A stretch of DNA of 64,000 nucleotides. It comes from Mobula hypostoma. Taxonomy: Eukaryota. Positions 63,121 through 64,000 of the stretch are shown one piece after another; positions within the stretch are counted from its first letter, which is position 1; the number at the start of each line of letters is the position of its first letter. The notes under the pieces were generated by a model. It did not search any database, was not told the origin of the DNA, and was given only the letters and a program-made list of their open reading frames with translations. Where the stretch lies: the NCBI RefSeq assembly GCF_963921235.1, contig NC_086097.1:29948001-30012000 (forward strand), in the 5' to 3' direction. Position numbers and translations under genes: made by a program.

Positions 63121-63964
63121 AAAGTTGTAACAGAAGCAGTTGAGCAGAGAGTACTGCAGCACAACTTCTCTCGTGCCCCATGCTGCACAGAACATGGCAT
63201 ATAATTTGTGAAAGAAGGCTCCAAGTCAAGGGTGTACAGCACAGGCTCACGATCAAGCATACTTTCTTCAGTCAATGACTGGTGTGTCAAGACCGACCTG
63301 GACGGGAAAGGCAGTTTCCCGGAGCAATTAGCTTTCACCACATTGCGTCCAGATATAATCGTATGGTCTGACACCAGTAAAGAAGTGGTTATTGATGAAC
63401 TCACAGTCCCCTGGGAAGACAACATCGATGAAGCCCATGAGCACAAGTTAACCAAGTATGCAGAATTAAAATCAGAGTGCAGAGACAGAGGGTGGAAGGT
63501 CTCATGCTATCCATTCGAAGTAGGCTGCCGTGGGTTTATTGCGTTCACTCTCCAGAAGTGGCTGCGTGACCTTGGCTTCACTAGAAGAGAGATCAAGTCA
63601 ACCAGCAGGGCTGTAGCTAAGGCAGCAGAAAAAGGATCAGCATGGGTGTGGACCAAGTATGTCCAGAGGGGCAGATAGTCAGACAGTATATACATATCTT
63701 GCAAACCCTTCAGTAGTTGCATAGACACCTGAAGAGCAGACTATCTGTTGGATGGAAGTGACCAACAACTCTGATAGAGGCAGATGCCAAGTTTTTAAGC
63801 TCACCAGTGGGAGGTGGTGCTTTAGCACTGCTAGCCCACCACCTCGAGGGAGTCTTGATCATAAGTGGGCCAAAACTCCTGAAGACCGGTGGCAGATCAA
63901 CTGATGATCCCACTGGTGATAGCACAGGACAGTTAACATCTTAGTCCAAGTGTATTTTTAACTA
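63121..63964 (+). mobile_element. R2-Hero clade non-LTR retrotransposon 3' fragment (restriction-like endonuclease)
   Basis: TTLRPDIIVWS...ELTVPWE...KLTKY...FEVGCRGF PD-(D/E)xK domain ending at 63678, followed by a 3' UTR. Confidence 0.88.
63839..63914 (+). ncRNA. Non-circularly permuted hammerhead-ribozyme-like motif (degenerate copy)
   Basis: All three hammerhead helices and CUGAUGA are present but the strands run in reversed order. GAAA reads AAAA in this copy. Confidence 0.65.
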
Positions 63965-64000
63965 TTCTTCTATCCAAGATAATGCACACAAAATTGCCAT

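Larger units (their letters stand above)
62296..64000 (-). mobile_element. Second Nimb/I-clade LINE (RNase H and C-terminus), interrupted by Hero
   Basis: ICSDSLSAL...WVPAHCGVEDNEKVD and RLRIGH...CEQC motifs. (AAG)n tail at 62296-62309. RNase H resumes at 63965-64000 (MAILCALSWIEE). Confidence 0.9.

Noticed and set aside
63208..63678. PD-(D/E)xK nuclease as a possible bacterial restriction or defence gene
   Set aside because: Motifs and context match the endonuclease of R2-Hero retrotransposons, and the fragment is 5'-truncated with an upstream in-frame stop.

Overview
Vertebrate genomic DNA, inferred from its CR1/HER1-type LINEs, V-SINEs and Penelope families to be a cartilaginous fish, probably a ray. 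Most of the window is transposon debris. There are two host genes. One is an intact bradykinin-receptor (B2-like) GPCR coding exon on the minus strand (49349-50398). The other is four phase-compatible exons of an unidentified coiled-coil/low-complexity protein gene on the plus strand (8599-21025) whose 3' end is unresolved. Mobile elements include a near full-length Nimb/I-clade LINE, many CR1 copies, Rex1, Tc1, a probable Chapaev3 fragment, two decayed Gypsy elements, two solo LTRs, Penelope-like elements and an R2-Hero fragment, often nested. There are two tandem arrays. The most unusual signals are RNA structures inside retroelements: a non-circularly permuted hammerhead-ribozyme motif in the Hero 3' UTR (63839-63914), an intact minimal hammerhead in a young Penelope copy (60000-60035), and a covarying 3' hairpin shared by two divergent Nimb families. 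All calls were made by eye with no database searches, so ends of decayed repeats are approximate.
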